NCBI GenBank assembly: GCA_977017575.1
Contig: CDRNVI010000053.1
Location: 1-64,000 of the forward strand
Reading direction: 5' to 3'
Source: Paramoeba atlantica
Lineage: Eukaryota > Protista > Discosea
DNA: 64,000 nucleotides
Below, piece by piece: positions 1 through 9,056 of the stretch (its first letter is position 1; the number at the start of each line of letters is the position of its first letter). Under the pieces are notes generated by a model, which was not told where the DNA came from, did no database searches, and saw only the letters and a program-made list of their open reading frames with translations. Position numbers and translations under genes: made by a program.

Positions 1-637
1 CGTGGATCCCCCCCTGGATCCCCCCCTGGACCCCCCCTGGATCCCCCCCTGGATCCCCCCCTGGATCCCCCCCTGGATCCCCCCCTGGATCCCCCCCTGG
101 ATCCCCCCCTGGACCCCCCCCTGGATCCCCCCCTGGATCCCCCCCTGGATCCCCCCCTGGATCCCCCCTGGACCCCCCCTGGATCCCCCCCTGGATCCCC
201 CCCTGGATCCTCCCCTGGATCCCCCCCTGGATCCCCCCTTGGATCCCCCCCTGGATCCCCCCCTGGATCCCCCCCTGGATCCCCCCCTGGATCCCCCCCT
301 GGATCCCCCCCTGGATCCCCCCCTGGATCCCCCCCTGGATCCCCCCCTGGATCCCCCCCTGGATCCCCCCCTGGATCCCCCCCTGGATCCCCCCGTGGAT
401 CCCCCCCTGGATCCCCCCCTGGACCCCCCCTGGATCCCCCCCTGGATCCCCCCCTGGATCCCCCTGGATCCCCCCCTGGATCCCCCCCTGGATCCCCCCC
501 TGGATCCCCCCCTGGATCCCCCCCTGGATCCCCCCCTGGATCCCCCCCTGGATCCCCCCCTGGATCCCCCCCTGGATCCCCCCCTGGATCCCCCCTGGAC
601 CCCCCCTGGACCCCCCCTGGATCCCCCCTGCCCCCCC
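1..637. repeat. Terminal tandem array of 12-bp unit GATCCCCCCCTG (opposite strand ATCCAGGGGGGG), about 52 copies; candidate telomere
   Basis: Directly visible from base 1. C-run length varies 6-8, with variants GGACCCC and CCGTGGAT, and the array degenerates at about 590-640 before unique sequence. C-rich strand lies 5', the orientation of a left telomere. Confidence 0.9.
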
Positions 638-720
638 TTCGGCGAATTGTGCGCCATAGAAAACTCTCGTGCAAGAAACCGACTTTTCTTATCGTCGAAA
701 AATAGCTACACCCCCCTCTC

Positions 721-804
721 ATAAATAATGATAATGATAATAATAATTTTTCTGAGATTATCATTATTATTATCATTATTATTTTTATTATCATCATTAT
801 TTAT
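721..804. repeat. AT-only imperfect inverted repeat, (ATA/ATG)n followed by (TAT/CAT)n
   Basis: Begins ATAAATAATGAT and ends ATCATTATTTAT (reverse complements); the internal ATAATG/CATTAT trinucleotide tracts are complementary. Confidence 0.7.
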
Positions 805-1160
805 GAACGCAATAAGGGGTGATCAGAAACAAACATACATCTGTGTAGTATATTTTTGTGGACGAAGGGAAATTGTTTGTTTACGAAGGGAAAAAGTAAG
901 ACGAGGTTAAAGAGATTACGGAAAAAATCTCGAGCTGACATGGAGGAGTAACGGTGGAATGAAAAGTTTTTGATAATTTTTGAGTAATTTTCACAGTCCG
1001 AGGTGATTTTTTTTTTCCAATTATCATTATTAATGAAGGGGGGTGTATTCTACTCATGATTTGTGACGCAATTTTGTGACGCCCTATTTTTTTAATGTCC
1101 TATTTTTACTTTAGCGAATCAAAACGATCCAGAAATTTATCGTCGCATCAAGCGGAAAGA

Positions 1161-1185
1161 TTCTTCCTTGTTTTGCCTTTTCTAG
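1161..1185 (+). promoter_or_regulatory. Putative trans-splice acceptor (polypyrimidine tract + AG) for AHCY
   Basis: TTCTTCCTTGTTTTGCCTTTTCTAG lies 11 nt upstream of the ATG at 1197. Kinetoplastid context is inferred. Confidence 0.5.
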
Positions 1186-1196
1186 TATCCCCTTAC

Positions 1197-2510
1197 ATGT
1201 CTGACTACAAAGTACGTGATATAACGCTTGCCGAGTGGGGACGCAAGGTAATAACCCTCTCTGAGGCCGAGATGCCGGGTCTCATGGAGCTGCGCCGTGA
1301 GTATGCTTCATTACAGCCATTACGCGGTGCCCGCATAGCTGGTTGTCTTCACATGACCATCCAGACCGCAGTGCTGATAGAGACGCTAACCCAATTGGGC
1401 GCCGAGGTCCGGTGGGCTTCCTGCAACATTTTTAGTACCCAGGACCACGCTGCTGCGGCGGTGGCGAAGACCGGGGTCGCGGTTTTTGCCTGGAAGGGAG
1501 AGACAGAGGAAGAATACCTGTGGTGCATTGAACAGACACTGAAGGGCTTCACTGGGGGCGATGGAGCCCCCAACATGATTCTCGACGATGGGGGAGACCT
1601 CACAAACATGGTGTTGGACCAGCACCCCGAGCTTGCGCGGAACATCTATGGCATATCCGAAGAGACCACGACCGGGGTAAAAAACTTGTTCCGTCGTGCC
1701 AAGGCTGGTACCCTCTCCATTCCTTCGATCAATGTCAATGACAGCGTAACGAAGTCAAAATTCGACAACCTCTATGGCTGTCGTGAGAGTCTTTTAGACG
1801 GTATTAAGCGCGCGACTGACGTGATGGTAGCAGGGAAGACAGCGCTTGTATGTGGGTATGGAGACGTGGGTAAGGGATGCGCGGCAGCCCTTCGTAACTT
1901 CGGAGCCCGTGTCGTAGTGACGGAGATTGACCCTATCAATGCCCTGCAGGCCAGTATGGAAGGGTACGAGGTGAACACAGTAGAGAATTGCGTTGAGCAA
2001 ACCCATATTTTTGTCACGTGCACGGGAAATGCAGACATTATTCGAGGTGAACACTTTGGACGCATGCGGGATAACACCATTGTGTGCAACATTGGTCATT
2101 TCGACAATGAACTCCAGGTCAACTGGCTGAAGGAAAATGCTGATCGAGTGGAGATTAAGCCCCAAGTTGACCAATTCACCCTACGCAACGGCCGACGCAT
2201 CATTCTGCTTGCGGAGGGGCGATTGGTGAACCTGGGCTGCGCCATGGGCCATCCCTCCTTCGTTATGTCCACTTCCTTCAGCAATCAAGTACTCGCTCAG
2301 ATTGAATTATGGACCAATCGCGAGTCCAAAAAGTATCCTCGAGGCGCGCAGACAGAGGTCTACTTTCTGCCCAAGGAGCTTGATGAGAAGGTTGCGCGTG
2401 CGCATCTGGGAATGTTGGGCGTAAAATTGACGGAGCTGCTCCCTTCGCAAGCGAAGTATATCGATGTATCTGTGAATGGCCCATACAAGCCTCCACACTA
2501 CCGTTATTAA
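1197..2510 (+). CDS. AHCY: S-adenosylhomocysteine hydrolase (adenosylhomocysteinase)
   Basis: Motifs [63 protein letters not shown]-terminal [10 protein letters not shown]. Start MSDYKVRDI at 1197 gives 437 aa. Confidence 0.98.
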   Translation: MSDYKVRDITLAEWGRKVITLSEAEMPGLMELRREYASLQPLRGARIAGCLHMTIQTAVLIETLTQLGAEVRWASCNIFSTQDHAAAAVAKTGVAVFAWKGETEEEYLWCIEQTLKGFTGGDGAPNMILDDGGDLTNMVLDQHPELARNIYGISEETTTGVKNLFRRAKAGTLSIPSINVNDSVTKSKFDNLYGCRESLLDGIKRATDVMVAGKTALVCGYGDVGKGCAAALRNFGARVVVTEIDPINALQASMEGYEVNTVENCVEQTHIFVTCTGNADIIRGEHFGRMRDNTIVCNIGHFDNELQVNWLKENADRVEIKPQVDQFTLRNGRRIILLAEGRLVNLGCAMGHPSFVMSTSFSNQVLAQIELWTNRESKKYPRGAQTEVYFLPKELDEKVARAHLGMLGVKLTELLPSQAKYIDVSVNGPYKPPHYRY

Positions 2511-3356
2511 AGGAGATTTACGCATTTTGTTGCGGTAAAGCTAAAGGAAATCGAGCGCATCGAGCGAGACAACAGTATTTCTTATAGAGTTCTATTTTTA
2601 ATTTCATGATTCTTTAATTCCAGGTTGCGAATTATATTCATATTATTTTTTCTCATTATAAGTGTCTGCATTTTTCAGAAAAAGATATTTTTGATTTTAT
2701 CTAATAGTTACACCCGACCTTGATTATATTGATTTGTTTGTGTCAATGATATTACCTTCAAATTTTGTCATGTTTTCAATGTTGCATTTTTCCGTACTAA
2801 GTTTGAGTCTTAGATAATACGACTTTCTACACTACTACAATTAAGGTCCCAAATTTGAAATCCGAACAAAAAATAAATGTCTTGATATTGAATGAACGCA
2901 GTAGTACATTGAGTGGGCTAAGAAGAAACTAATCCTACACTACAATATGCGTCAGGGTATGACAAAGCAAAAACATTATATTCGACGTACAAAAGATCTG
3001 CACGTTCGCTTAATTTGTAATTTGTTTTTAAAGCTATTAAAAGATTTCTTCGCGCGAATAAAGATACCCATACAGTATATTGAAGCTACAAGTAACACAA
3101 GACAGGACTATATCCTTATCATGATTACCACATACCATGATACTCAAATATTTTAGCCCAACTCATTCCGTTCTTTTACACAACCCCACCACCAGAACCC
3201 CTCTTCACACATGACCCAGACAACCTCCCCTACCCCCCTTTGTCTCTCCACCTCACCGTTCTTCACCCCTCCCCCTCCCTCTCCTCTTCCCTAAAAACCC
3301 AACCTCTTGCTCAAAACCAACACACACAGATCCCCCCCCCCACACACCCCCACCCC

Positions 3357-4928
3357 ATGCGAAAACCAACCCTTCGTCTCTCCCCCCCCTCCCCCTTCCG
3401 TCCCCTCTTCGCCCATCTCCGCATCCCGGAGGGCCACTGGACGGACTGGGGGCTCCTCGACCCCCTGCGCCCCCCCTCGCTCCACCCCCTCGGGGACAGC
3501 CTGATCCAGCGCGTGGTGCACGACGCCCTGGTGGCGGGGGTGGTGGGGGGGCAGCGGGGTGGGGGGGGTGGACCGGTGGCCAGGGAGGGGGGAGGGGGGG
3601 GTCCACCCCCAGCAACAACAACAACAACAACAACAACAACCCCCACAACAACAACAGGAGTCCCGGATATCTCCTCCTCCCCGTTTTTCCTCTCCCCGGA
3701 GTTCCTCCGTGGGTGCGGGGCTCCGTTTCTGCATCCGTACTACCTGCGGATGGTGGGGGAGGAGGTGGGGTTGCTGGAGCTGGGGTGGGGGCCTGGGGAG
3801 GGGGGGGAGGACGCGGGGAGGGCCTCCCCCCGGCTCTTCGCGGGGAGCCTACACGCCCCGGATGGTTTCTCCACCTCGCTGTGCCTCCCGGGGGACCGTT
3901 TTGCCCCCTCGCCGTTGCCGCGGCGGTTGGCGCATTTGATGGCGGCGGTGAGGATGGAGAGGGGGAGGGGGAAGGCGGAGGAGGTGGTGAGGAGGTGGTT
4001 TAGGATTCCCGGGGAGGGAGGGGGTGGGGGTGGCTCTTCTTCTCCGCTTTGCTCTTCTCCTCCTTCTGCTCTCGATGAGGAGATCGCGTCCTCTCCCGTT
4101 CCTGTGTCATGGGGACGGGCGGGGTTGGAGGCGCTACACCGGGTAGTGAAACGGTATCCCCATGCGACAGGGTCGGTGGCGTTGTCGGTGATGTCGGTGT
4201 GTGGGATTGATCCGGTGTGGGAGGTGCAAATAGAGCCGGAGGGGGGAGGGGCGGGGGGAGAAGAGGGGGGAGAGTGGTCTTCTTCGAATACGTACTCCCC
4301 GGTTGCTGAAAAAAGGGAGGAACCTTCCACCACGTCCACCACCCCGAGTCTCCTCACGGATGGGCTCCAACGGATGTACACAATGACTCCAGAGGCGTTG
4401 GACGCGGCGTTACAAGATCCCGGCTCGGGAATTTATCAAGGGAGTGAGTATGCCGGGAATCCGAATGACCCACCCCTCCCCTCAGGGTGGATGTCCCATA
4501 CCGAGTCTGTGCCGTACCAAAAACAACCCCTCCCCCCTCCCCGGAGCTACCTCGACACGATATGCAGCGTTCCGACCCCGTCTGCTGGTTCGGTCGGGAC
4601 CGAGGGGAGTGGATTCTTCACCTCCGCCCTGCGTCGCTTCCCGACCTCCTCGGAGCGCCCGGAATCCTATTTCGAGCACAACAAGGACATCGGCCGCGGG
4701 GTACGCTACCAAACCCATGGGTTAGATGCGGCCCGGTTCGTGGAGAGTCACTGTGTGCCGATGCGGCGACGGTTTTGTGTACGCGCGTACAACCGGGTAA
4801 CGAACGCGGTGATTGCCACAGCCACAGCCGGGAGTTTCACCGAGGCCCGGAATGAGGTCCTGGAGAGGTTTCTGGTGGGGCTAGCCGCGGATCTGCAGCG
4901 TTTGGACTATAGGGGTAGGGCGGGATGA
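3357..4928 (+). CDS. Hypothetical protein, possibly degenerate RNase III-like + dsRBD-like (mL44-type architecture), with low-complexity inserts
   Basis: Long ORF; first in-frame ATG at 3357. SLHPLGDSLIQRVVHDAL resembles the RNase III LEFLGD helix, and C-terminal FCVRAYNRVTNAVIATATAGSFTEARNEVL resembles a dsRBD end. Assignment is pattern-based only. Confidence 0.45.
   Translation: MRKPTLRLSPPSPFRPLFAHLRIPEGHWTDWGLLDPLRPPSLHPLGDSLIQRVVHDALVAGVVGGQRGGGGGPVAREGGGGGPPPATTTTTTTTTPTTTTGVPDISSSPFFLSPEFLRGCGAPFLHPYYLRMVGEEVGLLELGWGPGEGGEDAGRASPRLFAGSLHAPDGFSTSLCLPGDRFAPSPLPRRLAHLMAAVRMERGRGKAEEVVRRWFRIPGEGGGGGGSSSPLCSSPPSALDEEIASSPVPVSWGRAGLEALHRVVKRYPHATGSVALSVMSVCGIDPVWEVQIEPEGGGAGGEEGGEWSSSNTYSPVAEKREEPSTTSTTPSLLTDGLQRMYTMTPEALDAALQDPGSGIYQGSEYAGNPNDPPLPSGWMSHTESVPYQKQPLPPPRSYLDTICSVPTPSAGSVGTEGSGFFTSALRRFPTSSERPESYFEHNKDIGRGVRYQTHGLDAARFVESHCVPMRRRFCVRAYNRVTNAVIATATAGSFTEARNEVLERFLVGLAADLQRLDYRGRAG
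3612..3655 (+). repeat. (CAA)n microsatellite encoding a poly-Thr tract
   Basis: gcaacaacaacaacaacaacaacaacaac...cacaacaacaaca is visible in the sequence. Confidence 0.9.
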
Positions 4929-5132
4929 GAAAAAGGGGAGAATAGGGGGGGGGGGGTTGTGGTCTTTGTAAGCGTAAAAATAATAAGAAAGGTGTAGCCT
5001 TTGGAGTGCTTCGTTTCGAAAGGATGAGGGGGGGGGGATGTTTTTACTGTTTGTACGAAACCCTTTCTTGCGAAGAAAAACCAAAAACCCTTGCCCTACA
5101 CTCCTCTTTTTCCTTTACCTCTTTTCCCCCCC

Positions 5133-6917
5133 ATGCAACCCCAAGTCCTCCTCCTCCGCGAGGGCACGGACTGCTCCCAAGGCAGGCCCCAGCTCCTCTC
5201 CAACATCCACGCCTGTCTCGCGGTCGTGGACCTTGTGCGCTCCACCCTGGGGCCGTGCGGGATGGACAAGCTCCTCCGCGCGGGCTCGGGCCCCTGCGTG
5301 ATCAGCAACGACGGGGCGACGGTGCTGTCGGGCCTCGAGGTGGTCCACCCCGCGGCGCGGTGCCTGGTGGAGATGGCGCAGGCGCAGGACGCGGAGGTCG
5401 GGGACGGCACCACCACCACCGCGGTGCTCGCGGGGGAGCTCCTGCGCGAGGCCAGGCTGCTGCTCGAGGACGGGTTCCACCCCCGGGTGATCGTCGCGGC
5501 GTACCGCGCGGCGTGTGAGAAAGCGGTGGAGGTGGTGCGCACGCGGGCGGTGCCGTTTGGGGCGATGGGTGAAGAAGAGGAAACAGAAGAGAAAACGGAT
5601 AAAAAGGAAAGTGAGGAGAAGAAAGGGATCACTCAGGATCGTAAATTGCATGAACTGTTGGTGAAATGTGCCGCGACGGCGTTGAACTCGAAATTGATCT
5701 CCGCCCAGCGGTTTTATTTTGCGGAGATGGCCGTGAATGCGGTGTGTTGTTTAGGGGAGAGCAAAGATATCAATCGGATTGGCATCAAACAAGTCCATGG
5801 TGGAGGGGTGCGGGATTCGTTTCTGGTGAACGGGGTAGCGTTTAAAAAGACGTTTAGTTATGCGGGGTTTGAACAACAACCGAAACAGTTTGAGAAGCCC
5901 ACGGTGTTGTTGTTAAATGTGGAGCTGGAGTTGAAGGCAGAGAAGGATAATGCGGAGGTTCGGATTAAGGGCCCCTCGGAGTACCAAGCGATTGTGGATG
6001 CGGAGTGGCGGATTATCTATGAAAAGCTGGAGAACTGCGTAAACAGCGGGGCACACATTGTGCTCTCCAAGCTCCCGATCGGGGATTTAGCCACGCAGTA
6101 CTTTGCGGATCGTGGGATCTTTTGTGCTGGGCGGGTGAGCGCGGAGGACATGACCCGAGTCGCGGTGGCTACCAATGCCAAAATCCAATCCTCCACCCAT
6201 GACCTTCTCCCGGAGCATTTAGGCTCCTGTGGTGCGTTCGAGGAAAAGCAAGTCGGGGATGAGCGCTACAACCTGTTTACCGGCTGTGATGGGGCAAAAA
6301 CCGCCACCCTTGTGCTTCGTGGCGGTGCGCCACAATTTATTGAAGAAGCCGAACGTTCCCTGCACGATGCCATTATGATTGTCAAGCGCGCGTTGCAGCA
6401 CAAAGCCATTGTCGCGGGCGGGGGAGCCATCGATATGGAAATTGCCAAGGAGCTCCGGGACTATGCTCGATTTGAAATCCAGGGAAAGCAGCAGCTCGCG
6501 GTGCACAGCTTCGCGAAAGCCATGGAGGTCATTCCCCATACGATTGCGGAAAATGCCGGACATGATGCCGCGATGATTTTAAATAAACTAAGGCACCGAC
6601 ACCATACGGATCAAAAGGAAGGAAAGTGGTATGGGGTGGATGTTAGCAATGGGGATATTGTAAACACGTATGAGACATTTGTGTGGGAACCCGAGATTGT
6701 AAAGATTAACGCACTGCACAGTGCCACCGAGGCGGCGTGTGTGATTTTAAGCATCGACGAGACAATTAAAAACCAAGAGAGTGAGGCTGGGGCCGGGTCC
6801 CCGGGGGCGCGAGGTGGGGGTGGAGGGGCACGCACGAATCTGTCCCAGCAGGGGATGGCGGGGATGGCAAAGGGTCTTCCCGGGGTGAAGACGCTGAAGG
6901 GACGAGGGGGGCGATAG
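5133..6917 (+). CDS. CCT7: T-complex protein 1 subunit eta (CCT chaperonin)
   Basis: MQPQVLLLREGTD start, TLGPCGMDK, ISNDGAT, AEVGDGTT, AFKKTFSYAGFEQQPK, ERSLHDA; eta-type signatures. Confidence 0.95.
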   Translation: MQPQVLLLREGTDCSQGRPQLLSNIHACLAVVDLVRSTLGPCGMDKLLRAGSGPCVISNDGATVLSGLEVVHPAARCLVEMAQAQDAEVGDGTTTTAVLAGELLREARLLLEDGFHPRVIVAAYRAACEKAVEVVRTRAVPFGAMGEEEETEEKTDKKESEEKKGITQDRKLHELLVKCAATALNSKLISAQRFYFAEMAVNAVCCLGESKDINRIGIKQVHGGGVRDSFLVNGVAFKKTFSYAGFEQQPKQFEKPTVLLLNVELELKAEKDNAEVRIKGPSEYQAIVDAEWRIIYEKLENCVNSGAHIVLSKLPIGDLATQYFADRGIFCAGRVSAEDMTRVAVATNAKIQSSTHDLLPEHLGSCGAFEEKQVGDERYNLFTGCDGAKTATLVLRGGAPQFIEEAERSLHDAIMIVKRALQHKAIVAGGGAIDMEIAKELRDYARFEIQGKQQLAVHSFAKAMEVIPHTIAENAGHDAAMILNKLRHRHHTDQKEGKWYGVDVSNGDIVNTYETFVWEPEIVKINALHSATEAACVILSIDETIKNQESEAGAGSPGARGGGGGARTNLSQQGMAGMAKGLPGVKTLKGRGGR

Positions 6918-7315
6918 GGGGATTAGGGAGAGAGTGAAATGTGGAGGGGGAGTTGAGGGGGGATACGTGGAAAAGGAAACGGAGGCTGATTTGTATGGAT
7001 AACATTTGATATGTATTGGTTTTCAAAGCTTTTGGCAATACGCGCATGTAGTGTGGCAACATTTCATCTGATATATGATCATCTGGTTTTACGAATATTT
7101 TTCTATCTGACGCGCTATTGGCACAAGTACGAATGCGTTTTTTACCCCCATGGACATCGGAATATATTTCCCAACATATAGAATAGAATGAACTACGTTA
7201 GCATTGATGCACTGTTTTCATTTTATCATTAGAAAACACAATGTAACGAGAGCATCAAGGCTACAATGTAATCAAACTTGTGTCGTTGGTCCGGTGCTGT
7301 TTCTGAAGATCCAGC

Positions 7316-8299
7316 ATGATTCCGCGTGTCATACAACCGTATTCGAAATGTCGCTTCACTTTGCCAAAGTCGTTCATATCTCATTACCATTTTTCAGAGG
7401 TGCGGTCCACGATGGACGAGATTCGCCGTCTTATTACGGAAGAAAACAAGTTTCCTTCTCCTGGGACTACGGTTTGCCATCGACAGCGTTCCACTCACAT
7501 CTGCCCGTTATTGTGCACCGCTGACACACAGGTAATGGGACGTGGTAGCTCTGGACGTGTCTGGCATTCGTTCCCTGGTAATTTATTCGCAACGATAGGC
7601 GTTCGGGCTTCTAGCGTGAATGGAAGTGTAGTTCTACGTGATGGCACTTTGTTATGGGCACTGGTTGGCATATGTCTTCATGATACTTTGAGCAAAATGA
7701 AATTTGAATCAAGAAAAGAAAACAGAGGTAAAAAAATTTCTTTGAAGTGGCCGAATGACGTATTGTTAGGGGACAGAAAAGTAGCAGGGACCTTGATAGA
7801 ATTTTACAAGGAATATTACCTAATAGGCATCGGTGTAAACATCAGCAGTGCGCCGCAAATAAACGATGGAGGTCGACTGGCAACCTCATTGCTTGATGGC
7901 GCCGACAATGTGGGTTGTATAACTGGAAAGAATGCCAAAAGAACACACCCCGAGTATATTAGTAAAGTGTCCCGCGAAATACTTCGTCGGTTTATTTCTC
8001 AAATAAGACATTCCTTGGAGAATAACGAAAAGGGTTCAGAAGCTTTGATTTACAATGGAGATGACATTCACCCACACTTTATGAGTGGCGAGGGGTTGTT
8101 GAAAGACTATGAAAAGCGCATGGACCTGTCCATTACTGTGTCTCGTAGGCGAGAAAAGAACTCACAGGGGGGCTTTATAGACGAGAAGAATCATCAAAAA
8201 AATTCTCTTCGTGTATCCGGACTACAAACTGATGGAGGACTTTTAGTATTCGATAAAAACTTGAAAAGGGTTGTTTTGTACAACGACTACTTGGACTAA
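7316..8299 (+). CDS. Biotin--protein ligase (BPL/BirA family)
   Basis: HFSEVRSTMD, QVMGRGSSGRVWHSFPGNLFAT, KWPNDVLLGDRKVAGTLIE, IGIGVN motifs. Confidence 0.92.
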   Translation: MIPRVIQPYSKCRFTLPKSFISHYHFSEVRSTMDEIRRLITEENKFPSPGTTVCHRQRSTHICPLLCTADTQVMGRGSSGRVWHSFPGNLFATIGVRASSVNGSVVLRDGTLLWALVGICLHDTLSKMKFESRKENRGKKISLKWPNDVLLGDRKVAGTLIEFYKEYYLIGIGVNISSAPQINDGGRLATSLLDGADNVGCITGKNAKRTHPEYISKVSREILRRFISQIRHSLENNEKGSEALIYNGDDIHPHFMSGEGLLKDYEKRMDLSITVSRRREKNSQGGFIDEKNHQKNSLRVSGLQTDGGLLVFDKNLKRVVLYNDYLD

Positions 8300-9056
8300 T
8301 GAAGAGATATAGATTATCTACGACTTAAAGCGGATCGTTTTTAGATGTCTCTTTCTATGTTATCAATCTTGCCTTCGACATGCACTAAAAAATACGTACG
8401 TACATCGAAAAAAGTGTCTCTCTCCGCGCTCTTCCCCCTCGGCGTGACGGCGTCTTTTCGTTTTGCGACCTTCACGTCTCCCACCCTCGTACAGCAACCT
8501 AAAGTATCTGATACTGCTAACGTGGAGGGAGCGGAGGTCTGGGACCATAGGGGCGCATGTGGAATGGTCTGGGGTAGGGAGTTATTGTTCAGTGAGGTAG
8601 GGAGTGAGGGAGGGGAACCATGAGAGGGTTAAGGGGAGTAAGAAGGGTGAAGGGTTAGCAAGGGTGAAGGGTTAGTAAGTGGGAAAGTTGGAAATATAGA
8701 TAAAAAAGCTAGACTCTATACTACTCTATACTCCCCCCAATTATTTGCAAAGAAAACATACATTATATTTTGTAGTACAATACTGCACAGTGTAATATAT
8801 TTTGACGCCACATTTTTCCTTCTAGAGCTTTAGTGCTTTTGAAAAGGTCTATTAGATTCATGTGTGATGAGTACACGAGTCTTTCAAGATAATGCCTTAT
8901 CGAGTCTCCTTAGGATGCATACTGCTTGCTATTGATACTTCATCTTGATTATCGATCTTTGGTTGCTGTTGTTCTTCAATGACGTATCACTGAGCGCTGG
9001 TCAGTATCCTTTCTTTTCACCACACTATTAATTACGCAAGCGCAAAGATTGCCTTC

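Noticed and set aside
2-724. 240-aa DPPL/WIPP ORF
   Set aside because: It is only the translation of the 12-bp terminal repeat; frame switches follow C-run length changes.
8625-8676. TTAGGG-like words (AGGGTTAG, AGGGTGAAGGGTTAG twice)
   Set aside because: Only two or three degenerate words inside a G-rich tract; not an interstitial telomeric array.
8864-8993. Possible C/D snoRNA (GTGATGA ... CTGA)
   Set aside because: The boxes alone are weak, and I could not identify a terminal stem or rRNA-complementary guide.
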